Below, piece by piece: positions 31,532-46,469 of a DNA stretch of 64,000 nt. The DNA comes from the human T2T-CHM13v2.0 reference genome, Homo sapiens, in NCBI RefSeq assembly GCF_009914755.1, contig NC_060931.1. One strand, 5' to 3'. Position numbers and translations under genes: made by a program. Numbering within the stretch: position 1 is the first letter of the stretch; each line of letters begins with the position of its first letter. Under the pieces are notes generated by a model. The model had not been told where the DNA came from and made no database searches. It saw only the letters and a list, made by a program, of their open reading frames with translations.

Positions 31532-32794
31532 GGGTGCCAGGTTATCTAAAATAGTTTCTTCATACAGTTAGAACACTTTAAATCACTTGATGGCCCATGT
31601 CTGGCCACACATGGTGACCCAGGCTTCCTGGAACTGGTTTGGTAGTCTCTTCCTGCCACTGTAGCTTGTAGATGAGAGCAACAAAGACTCTGCTACCAAG
31701 AATCCTGAATGCCACTGCTAACAGAGATCAGCTGCAAAACGATTCCAGGACATCAAGGAAAATGACTTCCAAGCTGATTCTTCTTTCTGAAATTTACCTT
31801 AAAAATTATGGGAGTATGGAGAAGAAAATCCCAGTATCCTCAAATGCTGAAGTTAAAAAGAATCAGAGAAACCCACCTGTTAATAGATAGTGAAACCCAC
31901 GTGTTCACAGATAACATCCCAATATTTTTTTTTAGGAAAAACCGCATTACCTTTACTTGGTTAAATGACAAAATAACCAAGTAAATGAGTCAAATAATTC
32001 ATTTATCAGAATAATCAAAATGAGTCAAAATAACTCGGAACAAATTAATAACACTCAGACAGGAGATGATAGACTGAACCCTAAGTAAAGAAAACTTCCC
32101 TGTGGACTCACATTAGTGATGGGGCAAACATTCATGACAAAGCTAGTAGTTCTTTCCAAGTCTCTTTTATTCTTTTTGGGATCCTCAGTTCTAAACAACC
32201 CAGCCAATCCAGTCTATGTATTCAAAACAGGGTCTCTCACAGAAGGGTGGGTGGGCGCACTTCAAGCCTAAAGGAGAACAATCCGAGTCATCCTAATGTG
32301 AAACCTCGTGCTCCTGTTTCTACCTCAGTCTGAGTACTAACATAAAACTCTGGCAGATGAAAATCTTTCTTTTATCTTTTTAAGAAAATTAACCTTTAGT
32401 AGTATAATCCCAAGACCATTTCTACTTATTTATTTGGAAAAATAGAAGGTAGGGACCACTGTTTATCCCAAGACAATCTATTCCATGAGACAAAACAGGA
32501 AGAATCATTGTTGTGACTTTGAAAAATATAACCTTTAAAAATACTTATATTTGGAAGCTTTAAATATTACATTGGTTAAAAACATTGTTAATGGAACTTT
32601 CTTTTTCTATCTGTAGTGGTTCAACTTCTGGTGAGAGTATATGCTGATAGAAAATCTAGAAGCCATGGCTTTTAGGGAATTAAAGTAGCAAAATATGATT
32701 GATTTGCAAAGATTTTGAAAAAGGGAACTGGAACAGGAATAAAAAGGCAATGAGCTCCAGAAAATAAGCTACCCCCAAGTCAAGATAATCTACT

Positions 32795-33352
32795 ACTAAA
32801 AGTAGATCTACCATTCAATCCAGCAAATCCCACTGCTGGGTATCTATGCAAAGGAAAAGGAGTCATATCAAAAAGACATCTGCACGTGTATGTTTATTGC
32901 AGCACAGTTCATAATTGCAAAGATATGAAACCAACCTAAGTGCCCATTGACCAATGAGTGGATAAAGAAAATGTGGTATATATACACCATGGAATACTAC
33001 TCAGCCATAAAAAAAAGAATGAAATGATGTCTTTCACAGCAACTTAGATGAAGCTGAAGGTCATTATTCTAAGTGAACTAACTCAGGAATGGAAAACCAA
33101 ACAGCGTATGTTCTCATTTATAAGTGGGAGCTAAGCTATGGGTACGCAAAGGCATACAGAGTGATATCATGAACTTTGGAGATTCAGAAGGGAGAGGATG
33201 GGAGTGGGGTATGGGATAAAAAAAAACTACATACTGAGTACGATGTATACTACTTGGGTGACAGATGCACTAAAATCTCAGACTTCACCGCTATACGATT
33301 CACCCATGTAACAAAAACCACTTGTACCCAAAAGACTATTGAAATTTAAAAA
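32795..33352 (+). mobile_element. L1PB-like 3' end
   Basis: GATCTACCATTCAATCCAGC...ATGGAATACTACTCAGCC...CACTTGTACCCAAAAGACTATTGAAAT. Confidence 0.88.
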
Positions 33353-33557
33353 CAATTAACGATAATCCAGAAAGAAAGTAATAAAGTCCTGTGAATAATC
33401 ATTAAGGAAGGAATATCTGGAGATAGTCTGACTAGCTGTTTGACCTCAAGAAAAATTAATATATTTCACGTAATGATTGTGCTTTACACTGTCCCCATGT
33501 CTTTTAAGTATGTAGCACATTTGCAAAGCTTTTCATAAACAGGTAAGAAAAATATTT

Positions 33558-34215
33558 TATTGTTTTAACTTTTAGTGCAGCTTTGTTATATAGGTAAACT
33601 CGTGTCATGGGGGTTTGTTGTACAGATTATTTCGTCACCCGGGTACAAAGCCTAGTACCCAATAGTTATTTTTTTTTCTGCTCCTCTCCCTCCTACTCTC
33701 CATCCCTGAAGTAGGCCCCAGTGTCTGCTTTTCCCATCTTTGTGTTCATGAGTTCTCACCATTTAGCTCCCATTTATAAGTGAGAACATGCGGTATTCTG
33801 TTTTCTGTTCCTATGTTAGTTTGCTAAGAATAATGGCTTCCAGCTCCATTCATGTTCTGACAAAAGACATGATCTCTTTCTTTTTTATGGCTGCATAGTA
33901 TTCCATGGTATATATGTACCACATTTTCTTTATCTAATCTATCATTGAATGGCATTTAGGTTGATTCCATGTCTTTGCTATTGTGAATTGTGCTGCAATG
34001 AACATTTGCATGTGTGTGTCTTTATGGTAGAATGGTTTCTATTTCTCTGGGTATACACGCAGTAATAGCATTGCTGGGTCAAATGGTAGTTCTGTTTTTA
34101 GCTGTTTGAGGAATCACCACACTGTCTTCCACAATGGTTGAACTAATTTACACTCCCATCAACCGTGTGTAAGTGTTCCTTTTTCTCCACAACCTTTCCA
34201 GCATCTATTATTTTG
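33558..34215 (-). mobile_element. L1PA13-16-like 3' end, 5'-truncated
   Basis: Reverse L1 3' UTR/ORF2 end; TSD AGAAAAATATTT at 33546 and 34216. Confidence 0.9.
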
Positions 34216-34614
34216 AGAAAAATATTTCTTGACTTGGTAATAGTATACATTCTGGCAAATGATTTTTTAAGTCAACATTCAACTTAGATTATTTAACATT
34301 AAAAATATTTGCTAAATTATCTCTTATGGCAAAAAAAAATTATTTATTTTTACGTTTGAACAGGAGGCTGCATGCAGATGGCATTCCAAGAGTAAATCTG
34401 TCTTTCTAGATTTAAATAGTAACCCAGAAAGTGGTGGGTAAGAAATTTTGTCAAATTTTTACTACATAGACTAGCAAGGATAAGGATTATTTTAAGAAAA
34501 GCTGAGTTTGACCAGAGAGATGTCTTTTTTGGGTCTTATGTATATTTGTAATTTCAATTTACGTAGCATATATATATAATAACTAATAATATATAACATA
34601 GATATCTACATAGC

Positions 34615-35112
34615 CAATTATCTCAAAACATAGCTGCTGAAAACAACCAGTATTTATTATCCTCCTTTCTGAATGTCAGGACTTTGGGGGTTGCTTGGCT
34701 GGGTGCCTCCAGTCAGTCCCCCACCAGGCTACAATCCAGGGCAATACTGTGGTTATCTCAAGGTTCCCCTTGGGGAGATCCACTTCCAAGCTGCCTCATC
34801 TGGCTATTGACAAGCCACAAGCCCTCTCTGGCTGTTGGCCAGAGACTTCAATACCTTGCCATGTGGGTCTCCCTGTAGGTCAGCTTAAAACATGGCCACT
34901 GGTTTTCCTCAGAATGGGCTAGAGAGCAAAGAGAAGGGGCTCAAGATAGAAACCACAGTCTTTTTATCACCTAATCTCAGAAGTTATATCCTATCCTTTG
35001 TATTCTGTCCATTACATGTGAACAGAATCCAGCCCACATGCAAGAAAAAAGGATCACACAGGAGTGTGAAAATCAGGAGGCAGAGATTACTGAGGGCGTT
35101 GTTGAGGTTGTG
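34615..35112 (-). mobile_element. MLT1E/F-like LTR
   Basis: AAAACAACCAGTATTTATTATC...GGAGATCCACTTCCAAGCT...AGGAGGCAGAGATTACTG. Confidence 0.7.
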
Positions 35113-36854
35113 CACACGTGCACATGCATACATGTATGCATATACATGTATATGATCATGTATACCTACTCATACATACACTCACATTTAAATACACACA
35201 CATGCATGTGTGTGCACATACACATATATATTTATGCATGCATGTATCTATATATTTCTAGAGTATTTATGCTTCAAATGCCTGACTCTTGTATCATATG
35301 TGTGATAATATGTGACATTCCTGCTAACATTCACAAGACTTCTCTGTCAGTTTAGGCAGAGAATAATTGTCAATAATTATCACCAAGTCTAAATTAAGTG
35401 AAGTGAGGAAAGGCTTTGTAATTTCAGTGGCTTCTGGCATAACGGAAGTTAACTTCTGTAAGTTATCTGACTTTTCCATTCTGTTCCATCTCTAATTTCA
35501 GGCTAGAGGTTTCTGTCCTTGGCTCCATGATTTAGAAGGGCTGCTCTGGCCCTCCTCACTGGAGGAGAAGGAGTGCCCACTGGAGATCTTACCCTACGCT
35601 GAAATGATGGGCATGTGTTCCCCTAGACCCAAGGGATAAGCAAATGGTGGCTGTTTATGAGGATAGACAGAGCTTAGACATGGGGACCCATTATTCTTGG
35701 GAGGAAATGTGAAATCACACTGAAGCTGTACTGGTTTGGAATTGAAAATTATTATTATTGTTATCATTTTAGGTAAGCTGAAGTTGTGTCTAACAGCATC
35801 TAGCTTTTCCAGACAGTGTAGGAATGTTTACAAATCTGAACCACTTTCTGTTCCTATACAGGTAGGTATTTGGAAGATTGTGTGCAAATTTTGAAAGAGT
35901 TGAGGTGCATATGGAAGAAGTGGAAGTGGCTGCTTTCCTGAAAGAGCTTAAGAAAAACTGCATGTGAACAGTGTTTCTTCAGAACCTTGATGGCAAAATG
36001 TCACATGGGTTGGAGTAAAGCAGTGTTTCTCCTATCAGCTCAAAACCCACCACCACTCTAATAATCAAAAACAAAAAAGTTGATACTTAGAAAATCAGGT
36101 GATAGCATCCTGGGCATGGATCCTAGAGACTAGCAGAGGACACTTGGGCTTAGAGAAATGAAGTTTATTTCAATAGTCTGAAGGGCAGCAGACATTAGCA
36201 AGGAAGAGGAGGGAAAGAGAAGACAGCTTTGCAGGATGCTGCAAGATGACTTGAGGCTACCCATTGGTGACTTCAAGAAATAAATGGCAAACACTTTATA
36301 GATCCAGCTTGCAGTGCTTTTCATTGGCATTTGGATATTAAAAGTTAAGCAATGAATATAAAAGACAAGTCACAGAAAAAAATACAAATGACCAATAAGA
36401 TTTGGAAAGATCATAAACTTCCCTAAATAAATATAAACCAAAACATTGACATTAAAAATTTCTCCAATTAGATTGGAAAGTTCAACAAAATTGATGTCAA
36501 ATAGAGAAAGATACCCTATCCAGAAAGGGGCATTATCATATATGATCCAATAATCTCATGAAGGAATTTCAGCTACTGGAATAGTAATCCAGGTATGCTA
36601 AGACATTTGTTACAACATTGTTTGTCAGAGTAAAAACCTGGACAACACAAGTGTTCATCAATGGAGTAGTAAGTAAGTAAAATGTAAGATACATGACAAT
36701 GGAACGTAATGCCACAATTCAATTTTGTAATTCTATGTACACTCACTTGAAAAGATGGAGGTTGATGAGATGGTAAAGAGAAAAATGAAGGATGAGGAAC
36801 AAATTACATGGTTTAATCTCATTTAAAATCCACCTATATACAGAGAAGCAAAAG

Positions 36855-37355
36855 TTAGCCTACCACAGTTTCACAGATGCTGGCAAAAGATGATATTTCT
36901 GGCTTAGAGACAAAGGATAGCTTATTACTCATGGTAATAGCATAGATAGAATATTAGTATTTCTACCAGTTCTCCTACCCACAATTTCCAGAGGGCGATG
37001 TGAAATGGGCCAGGTGATATGAGCACATAGAGTGGGTTGTGTTACAGAAGAGGAAATTTGAACTTAAGGAAGCCAGACCTTTTATACTGGGCAGTAAGTT
37101 GCCTCAGCTTATCTTTATAATAAATGAGGGAGACATTATCTTTATTATACTGCTCAGTTGAAAAAAAAAAAAAAAAACACCTACTTTTTGCTCTGAAGGT
37201 AGACGCTATATCTACCAAGGCTGTAGGTAGACACTGTATCTTCAAAGGCTGTTTGCTATACAAATATCCTTGAAAATGTAGTCCTTACCAAAGGCAGTTA
37301 GTGCCTTTGCTTATGTGCAGTAACAGGAGAGACTCCTGGAGAATTTTCCCCCAAT
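36855..37355 (-). mobile_element. ERVL LTR (MER76/MER70-like)
   Basis: Minus strand reads TTGGGGGAAAATTCTCCAGGAGTCTCTC...TTCAAGGATATTTGTATAGCAAACAGCC...GAAACTGTGGTAGGCTAAC. Confidence 0.6.
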
Positions 37356-37511
37356 ATTCCATTGTTATTTGCATTTTATGTAAACAAAAAAAAAGAATTG
37401 TAGCTATCAATTAAAATGGGATGTTCTTTTACCTAAAATTATAATAATGAAAATTTTGATAGCTTGGTCATTGAATATCATAAAAACATGTATTTTTATA
37501 AATTTTGAATA

Positions 37512-37670
37512 TTTGTTTTTTTAGAGATGGGGGTCTCACTCTGTTGCCCAAGCTGGAGTAAAGTGTGTGATCATAGCTCACCACAGCCTTGAACTCCTGG
37601 CCTCAAGTGATTCTCCCGCCTTGGCTTCCCAAAATGCTGGGATTATAGGCATGAGCCACTGTGCCTGGCC
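37512..37670 (-). mobile_element. Alu monomer (FRAM/FAM/FLAM type)
   Basis: Single ~155-bp arm with GATCATAGCTCACCACAGCCTTGAACTCC. Confidence 0.85.
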
Positions 37671-38049
37671 AGATATATCTTTTTATACATGTGATATAAG
37701 AATATGTATGTTGATTGCGGCCGATACATTGTTTATTCTATGCTCATTTCACACAGTAGAAAATGAGTGATAATGATCATTGTATCTAATAAATATTTTT
37801 CACTCACTTAGAAAAACAATATCTAGATTGATAACTGGAATTATTAAAGACAAAATTAGAAAGATTTAAATTATGTAGTTTTAACGATAGCCATCACATG
37901 CATAATTTTTTTCTCACACATTTTTCACTGAAAACTTGTTCTTAAAAACGTATTCTATATCAATACAAGAATCTTTTACTCTGTAAACAATACACACAAC
38001 CTGTCTAGGAGAGTTAATCAAATAATAAATTTTTTGAACTGAACTTCCA

Positions 38050-38165
38050 GCTTTTACTGTTGAAGAAACTGAGGCCCAGAGACATTAAGTGATTTGAAGG
38101 TGGCCAACAACTAGTTGATGTCAGAGCTGAGACTAAATCCCACATGCCCTGACTTGGAGCAGAGG
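38050..38165 (-). mobile_element. MIR core
   Basis: GAAGAAACTGAGGCCCAGAGACATTAAGTGATTTG...AGAGCTGAGACTAAATCCC. Confidence 0.7.
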
Positions 38166-39631
38166 GTTCTTTCTTCTTATCCAAATCCATGTACATGATA
38201 TGATAGAGCTTTCAAACTGGGATATGCATACCCCTGCGGGCAATGGCAGCAAGCCAGGGAGGTAAAGCCACAGGATAAACACAGGGTGTCTTGCTTCAAT
38301 GTAAATATTACACAAAGATTTGAGGAGAGTTTGGGGAACTGCTTTATTTTTATATTAAAACAAGATTGATTGTAAAGAAGAATGCATATTTTACATGAAT
38401 TTTAAAAATTTCAGGCTGGATTCCTCAGGCTATAATCTTACCCCATGGAGGTAAAAGTTCTCTCTGCTCACTCTACTGGGAGTAATTCTTTTGTAAAAAT
38501 TTCATGTCACCAATGTGAGAATGTCTGGGAAGGAGCTTTTGTCCAAAAAGTGCCTTCATTAACCTCCATCCTTGAGATTCCATAATTAAATTTGCTTTAT
38601 TTTAGCCTTCGTGATCAGTTAATTTTTTCTTGAAGAAGGAACACATTAAGACCTTATAATAAGTGAGTTTTGAGTTCCTTTCCTAAGAATAAGGTTTTTT
38701 TCAAAATTACCTTTTTAATATGGGGTAAAATGCTAAAAAAATAAGAATAAAAATTTTTAATGTGATTTTAGTAGAAATTAACTGGTGACTAGTTTACATC
38801 TGCAAGATGCTCTTTAAAACTATTTTGCATATGGTTATAAAGTCACATTTGTGTAATGTAGAAAACTGAACAAGTATTGTGCATTTCCATTTTTTCATGT
38901 AGCATATTCGTGAATAATATCTGCAATGCTATAACACATATCAACAGCAAAAATGAGCCAATGAATTATTATATATGCCTTCTCAGTGGACCATTTCTCT
39001 CATTTGAGTTTTATTTCCAGGATAGAAACTACTTAAACAATAGTTCTTAGATGATTAATCCCTCCACAATAACTTGGAGAGCTTTTACCCCCACCTCAGC
39101 CCCAAATACATATTAGAACTACTGAAACAATGTGTACTTGATTTTCCCACTGAGACATTTTTTAATGCTTCATTTCAACACCAGCATTTTTTTTTAAATG
39201 CAAGTAGCTTGACCCATTTCAGAAAGCTACATTTGATTCCTAGATTTCAGGTTCAAATTTGGAGCCAAGAAACCAACTCGTTTAATCCAGTCAACATTAA
39301 TTAAGCGCAGTACGTTAAGCTCTGGCAGAAGAGAGAGATGTCTTAAACAGGATCCTGCCTCCAAAGTTACCCAAGCTAGAGGGAACAAGCCTCATATAAA
39401 TAAAGTCACAAGATAATCTATACTAGAGGTTCCAATACAGTTACAGGAGACAGAAATTTCAAAAAACAAAAACAAAAAACAAGGTTGGAAAGATTGGCCA
39501 AATAGTGGCTCAATTTGTCCATTTTCTGCCAGAGAAAGGATTTCTCAGCTACTGAAACAATATGTACTTGTTCTTAGCCAATGAAGTCAGTAGAGAGTTC
39601 CTTCCATTTTTCTGTGCACCTGGACTCTTGA

Positions 39632-40980
<1,349 letters not shown>

Positions 40981-41160
40981 TCTCTGCCTGGGCTAGAGGT
41001 CCTAATCCCCTGGGTGGGGTTTGAGGACTTTCCAGTCCACACCAGTAGACTTACACTGACCTTTTACCACTCAGCATCTGCTGCGTATATAATTATAGTG
41101 GTTTGCAGATTAAGTGAAACGGAGATTAAGTAAATTTCGCAGTCTTGATTCTCCAACAGG

Positions 41161-41199
41161 GGTGTGTGTGTGTGTGTGTGGATGTGGGTGTGGGTGTGT
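41161..41199. repeat. (GT)n/(GGGTGT)n microsatellite
   Basis: Directly visible. Confidence 0.85.
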
Positions 41200-41829
41200 A
41201 TCCCTAATATATTGTTCCCAGCAAGGGCAAATCAACACCTTGAAGAGAAAACGTTATTTGATGAGCCCTACAAGCAGAGTTGAGAGCAGTTAAGATAATG
41301 ATTAAAAGAATATTTGGATATTTGGGTGGGGAAAAAAAAATCTCAGAATTGTGCCAGGTAAGACCTAGCAAGGCTTTCTGGAGTTCTCTGACTCATCTGC
41401 AAAGATGGGGGGCTGCTGTGATTAAACGAGGCCGAGAGTTCTGTAATGAATTGAAAGCTCTTCACACTAAGTCCTAACTTGTGCCTGCGTGTTGCATGGA
41501 GGTATAAGAATTTATCATCAGAGAGGGCATTTTCTTCTATAGGTTTTAATACTGACCTTATTCTTCTAGGATTTAATAATCCTGCCATTTTCAAACATTT
41601 TTTTCCCTTTGATTCTAGATCCTCAGGCATCGGGTGGTGGAAGAAGCAGCTGCTGTTCTCCCCATGCTAGAACTGTTCACATCCCAATTTTGTGATGGAC
41701 TCTTTTTATTTTCCTTTTAGGTTAACCAACTAATTTGAAATCCGACTTTTCACCCTCTTCAAGCTACTGAAATTCAGGCCTCTAAATTCAGTACCTTTTC
41801 TGAGTGACATCCTCCACCAGCCAAAACAA

Positions 41830-43090
41830 TGTTGTAGATTGAAATTCTACCTTCTTCAAATGCTCCTCTGCCTCCTGCTGTCCTTTTCTTCTTCTACCTC
41901 ACTTGACAATCATCCTCCTCTGTCTCCTTTCCATCATGTTTCCCTCTCCCTTCTCTCCATGTAGACACTTCATCGTGATCTTCCTTGGATCCCACTCTCC
42001 TCTGGTTAACTGACTTATCAGATCTGCACAGCTGCCCTGATGAGATCTCTGATGAGTTCCACATTTACCCTTGCAGCTTTCTGGTGGGCGCCTTGACCAG
42101 TGTGTTCCACCAGGGCCTCAATTTCAGCATTTCTCAGCTGCATCTGTCTTCCCTCCCATCATCTTTCTCATCAAGTCATCACATCATCATCATCATCACC
42201 TGTGACTTCCCTCGTGCTAATTCTCTGCCTCCATTTACTTGCCAGTTCCCATTCATTCTCCCTAAACACACCCCATGTCATATCTGTTCACTGCTCACTC
42301 ACACCTGCCCCCACCCTGGGGGAGCAGGCTCATTAGCTGGCAGACTTTGTTTCCCAGAGGCAGTCTTGCTTCCTGTCTGCAGTTCTCACTGCACACCAGG
42401 CCCCCATACACATCACTGCTAGAGTCATCTTCCTGAAGCCTGGCTTTGTCACATGTTTTTTCTAGTTCAAAAATCCAGTAATATCTTCCTATTGCCCCAG
42501 AAGTGAGCATAATGCTGAATCACCCAATAGTTAGTTCTGTGCTTTCAGGGTACCAACAAAGCAAGAGCACTAACGGAGAAGGAGGAAAAATGTTTCTGAA
42601 ACAATTTGATAGTGGATATTGTGTAAAAGCATTGACATTGTTATCCTGGGAAAAATCAGAATTAGACTTTCTCACATGAATTTTACCATACAGTTACTTA
42701 GAATATATATTTCATATATATGTACATATACATGTGTTTATATATCATATAAAATTAAATGATGTTAAGTTAGAGTTCTCAAGGCCTGAAGAAGTTTTCT
42801 CCAGGCACTGATTAAGTACACACTTCTGAGCCTAAATTTCAAAGTTGACATAAATAATATGACCCCAACCCACCTTTCTTAATTTATTTCTCACAACTGC
42901 CTTCCACATGCCTTTTACTTCAGCCAAAGGCTGTACAGCCCCACATACCTTATACATTCTTCTGCTTCTTCTGTTTTGTGCGCTTACTCCCCTCTTCCAC
43001 CAACATCCCATTTCTAATTTCACCTCACCTCTTAAGGCCCAGCCTGACTGTCGGTTGTGCCCTGAAATCTTCCAGCGTGTCCAGGCTAAC
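41830..43090 (+). mobile_element. Degenerate L2 fragments
   Basis: Pyrimidine-rich L2-like segments such as CACTGCTAGAGTCATCTTCCTGAAG and TTAAGGCCCAGCCTGACTG. Confidence 0.45.
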
Positions 43091-43093
43091 AGT

Positions 43094-43232
43094 ACAGGTG
43101 TACTTCATTTCTACTGTGCTTCACTGTATTGTACTTGCAGATACTGTTTTTTGGGGTTTTTTTAATGTTACTATCGTAATTGCTTAAGGGACCACGAACT
43201 GTGCCCCTATAACATGGCAAACTTAATTGAAT
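43094..43232 (+). mobile_element. Tigger1-like 5' end fragment with internal deletion
   Basis: TA|CAGGTGTACTTCATTTCTACTGTGCTTCACTG...GCAGATACTG joined to TGTTACTATCGTAATTG...CCACGAACTGTGCCC. Confidence 0.65.
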
Positions 43233-43806
43233 TCCTTTAGATGAGGGCATATAGTACTAGTGAAGCTGTGTGTTCACTGGGAACTGGAATTGTTCCACCA
43301 TGGATTCACTGAAATGTGAATTGGAACATTTTCATGTTTCTGGGCACTTTGATATTAATATTTTGTACTGGATTCATGCAAAATTATTGATTGGAAAGAA
43401 ACATGCTGTGATAAAAACTTGTGTAAATAAATAATTATGATAGTGATTTACATATTATGCTGATACATTCAATTTCCCTTTCACCTCACATTTTTTGAAA
43501 TTTGATTTAAATTTTTAAATATTCATTCTATGGCTAAAATTTTTAAAACATGCATTACTTTCTGATTATCAAATTAATATGTGGTTATTGTGAAATACTA
43601 AAACATCACTAAAAATATATATTGCCTAGAAAGTGAAAGTCCCTCATGATCTCAAGTGTTGACTTTTGCTAGTAATTTGAAGTGTGTGCATTTTGTATTC
43701 ATATAAATATGACTTTTAACAGAAATATTGTTACACATATTATACTGCCAATTACTTTTTATTTATAAATATGTTTTCGATATCTTTAGATGTCTAGATA
43801 TCTGTC

Positions 43807-44271
43807 TGTATTATTAGAGTTCTCGGGAGAAACAAAACAATAGGATATATAGAGATATATAGAAAAAGACTATTATTATGAGGAATTGACTCACTTGATT
43901 ACGGAGGCTGAGAAGTCCCACAATCTGCTGTCTGCAATCTGGAGCCCAGGAGAGAGCCAGTAATGTAGTTTAGTCCAAGCCCAGAGACCTGAGAACTAGG
44001 AATGCTGATGTCTGAAGGCAGAAGATGGATGTCCTAACTCCAGAAGCAAGCATGAATTCACATTCCTCTGTTTTTCTGTTCTATTGGGGCCCTCAGTGGA
44101 TTGGATAATATCCACCCCTGTTGGCGAGGGTGATCTTGTTTACTCAGTCCACTAATACTAATGCTAATCTCTTCCAAAAACATCCTCAGAAACACACCCA
44201 TAAATAATGTTTTACCAGCTTCTGGGCATCCCCTAGTCCAGTCAAATTTATATATAAAATTAACGATCAGA
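43807..44271 (-). mobile_element. MLT2 (B/C/D-type) ERVL solo LTR, antisense in LRRC72 intron 1
   Basis: Minus strand reads GTTAATTTTAT...TTGACTGGACTAGGGGATGCCCAGAAGCTGGTAAAACATTATT...GAAGAGATTAGCATT and ends GAGAACTCTAATAATACA. Confidence 0.88.
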
Positions 44272-44622
44272 CCACTTCTCTATATTTTGAAACTACTTCA
44301 CAGTATTCCATTGTGATGTCACATGTCAATTTAACCTGCATTCCAATTAGTGGGGACTATTTCACAACCACAGAAAATGTATGCTGAAATAAGCAGTGAT
44401 AATCACATTTGTCTGGGTGTATGCACCTGTGTGTTTCTGAGTCCTGGAGGTAGAATGGCTGGATCAATTTAAAAGCACATTTATAATTTTAACAGATGGC
44501 TGCCAAGTTTTAATTCTTCTTTGGCTGGGCTATAACCACCCCAAACACTATGCAAAGATGTGACTGACTGTACGTAGTAGAGGCTGATAGTTGACATCTT
44601 TAAGTTAAAATACCCAGATGAG

Positions 44623-44947
<325 letters not shown>

Positions 44948-46175
44948 CTAAGCCTGATCCAATGGGTTTTTCCAAGCCCCAGGTCGGCTTGTGTAACTGG
45001 ATAACAAAGCACCCTGATGGCAATGCCTAAACCTGAGCCTATGAATGCTCCAAGCCCCTAGATTCAGCTTGCTTATTAACAAGGCATCAAGGGAAGTTCA
45101 GGACTATACAATTGCAGCTGCTCTCCATCACTAGCGTACCTATCTTCCTCATTTCTTTAAATATGTTCATTGCACTAAATATAACTCCTGTTAAAGTCCT
45201 CTACCAAATAGCAAAACCACTGTCAAAATTTCATATATCACCCAGAAAGATTTATAAGTCATTATAACCTCACCATTCATAACAAATCCCAGCTAAAATT
45301 CGGTGATTGTTTTGACTCTGATAATTACAATGTTTGTCAGATTCCAGGATTGCAAAGATTATACTTTTCACTTTTGTCATGTCTTGTGAGCTCTACTTTC
45401 TCATGGAAAATTACAGACAGACTTTACTTTTTTCATATTATTTTAGGTCATGTGGCCTATTAACATTATTTTATAATTTAGCAAAGGACTTTAAGAAAAA
45501 AAAGTAAAGCATTTAAATAGCTGTTGCTAAAGTTTTATTTTTAAAACAGAGCTATGGGAATAAAAGCTGCTTCTCCACCAAAAATTCTCACAGCATGAGT
45601 ATGTTAGCAACTCATGAGAAACGAAGTCACTGCTGCTTGCCAAGCAAGGGAAAATGTATTTATTCATTTGTTCAGAGAAAAATGACATGTATTCATTCAT
45701 TTCACATTTTCTGAGAATTTACTGGGTGCCAAGCATAATGTGATAGGCACAAAAAAGAATGTCCTATAATAACATACATTTTATCCTACTCTCTCCACCT
45801 CCAACCCTGATACTGCATGAATTCTCTATAGGAAACCTATGAAATACTAATTCTTCATGTTCAAAGAATCATTTAAAAATAGTTCTTTAAAGACCAAATT
45901 ACCTTGCCTCATACAGAATAAAAAAAACTTGCTTTTGGTGTATACGTACACATACATATTTTTTTCTCTCTGATTAAAAATTATTTAAACATCTGTGCCC
46001 AGGATTAAGGATAATGAAATTCAACCACAAAAATGAGTAAATAATATATAATTGTAGCCTTGGAATTTATCAGTTTAGAATGGTTACCTCCATATTCACC
46101 TTTCTTTTGATCTTCTTGTAGACGTTATTGTTACTGACTGCAAGTGCCTCAGCACTTTTGTTCATTGGAATGTAG

Positions 46176-46277
<102 letters not shown>

Positions 46278-46469
46278 TAAGTGTACTTAACATAAAAAAT
46301 GAAAGAGTATCATGTTATCATGATCATGTTAAAATGTTTCACAGATTCAAATGTTATTTTCCATTTTTCCCCCTCAAGGACTGGGTAGGACTCCAATTAT
46401 TTTACCACTTCCTGGAATCCACAGTTTTCTATTGGAGAGACAAGATACTGAAATTGATTAAAAAAAAAA

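Noticed and set aside
35761-35778. TTTTAG|GTAAG recursive-splice-like motif on + strand
   Set aside because: It lies upstream of the LRRC72 promoter, with no supported + strand transcript there.
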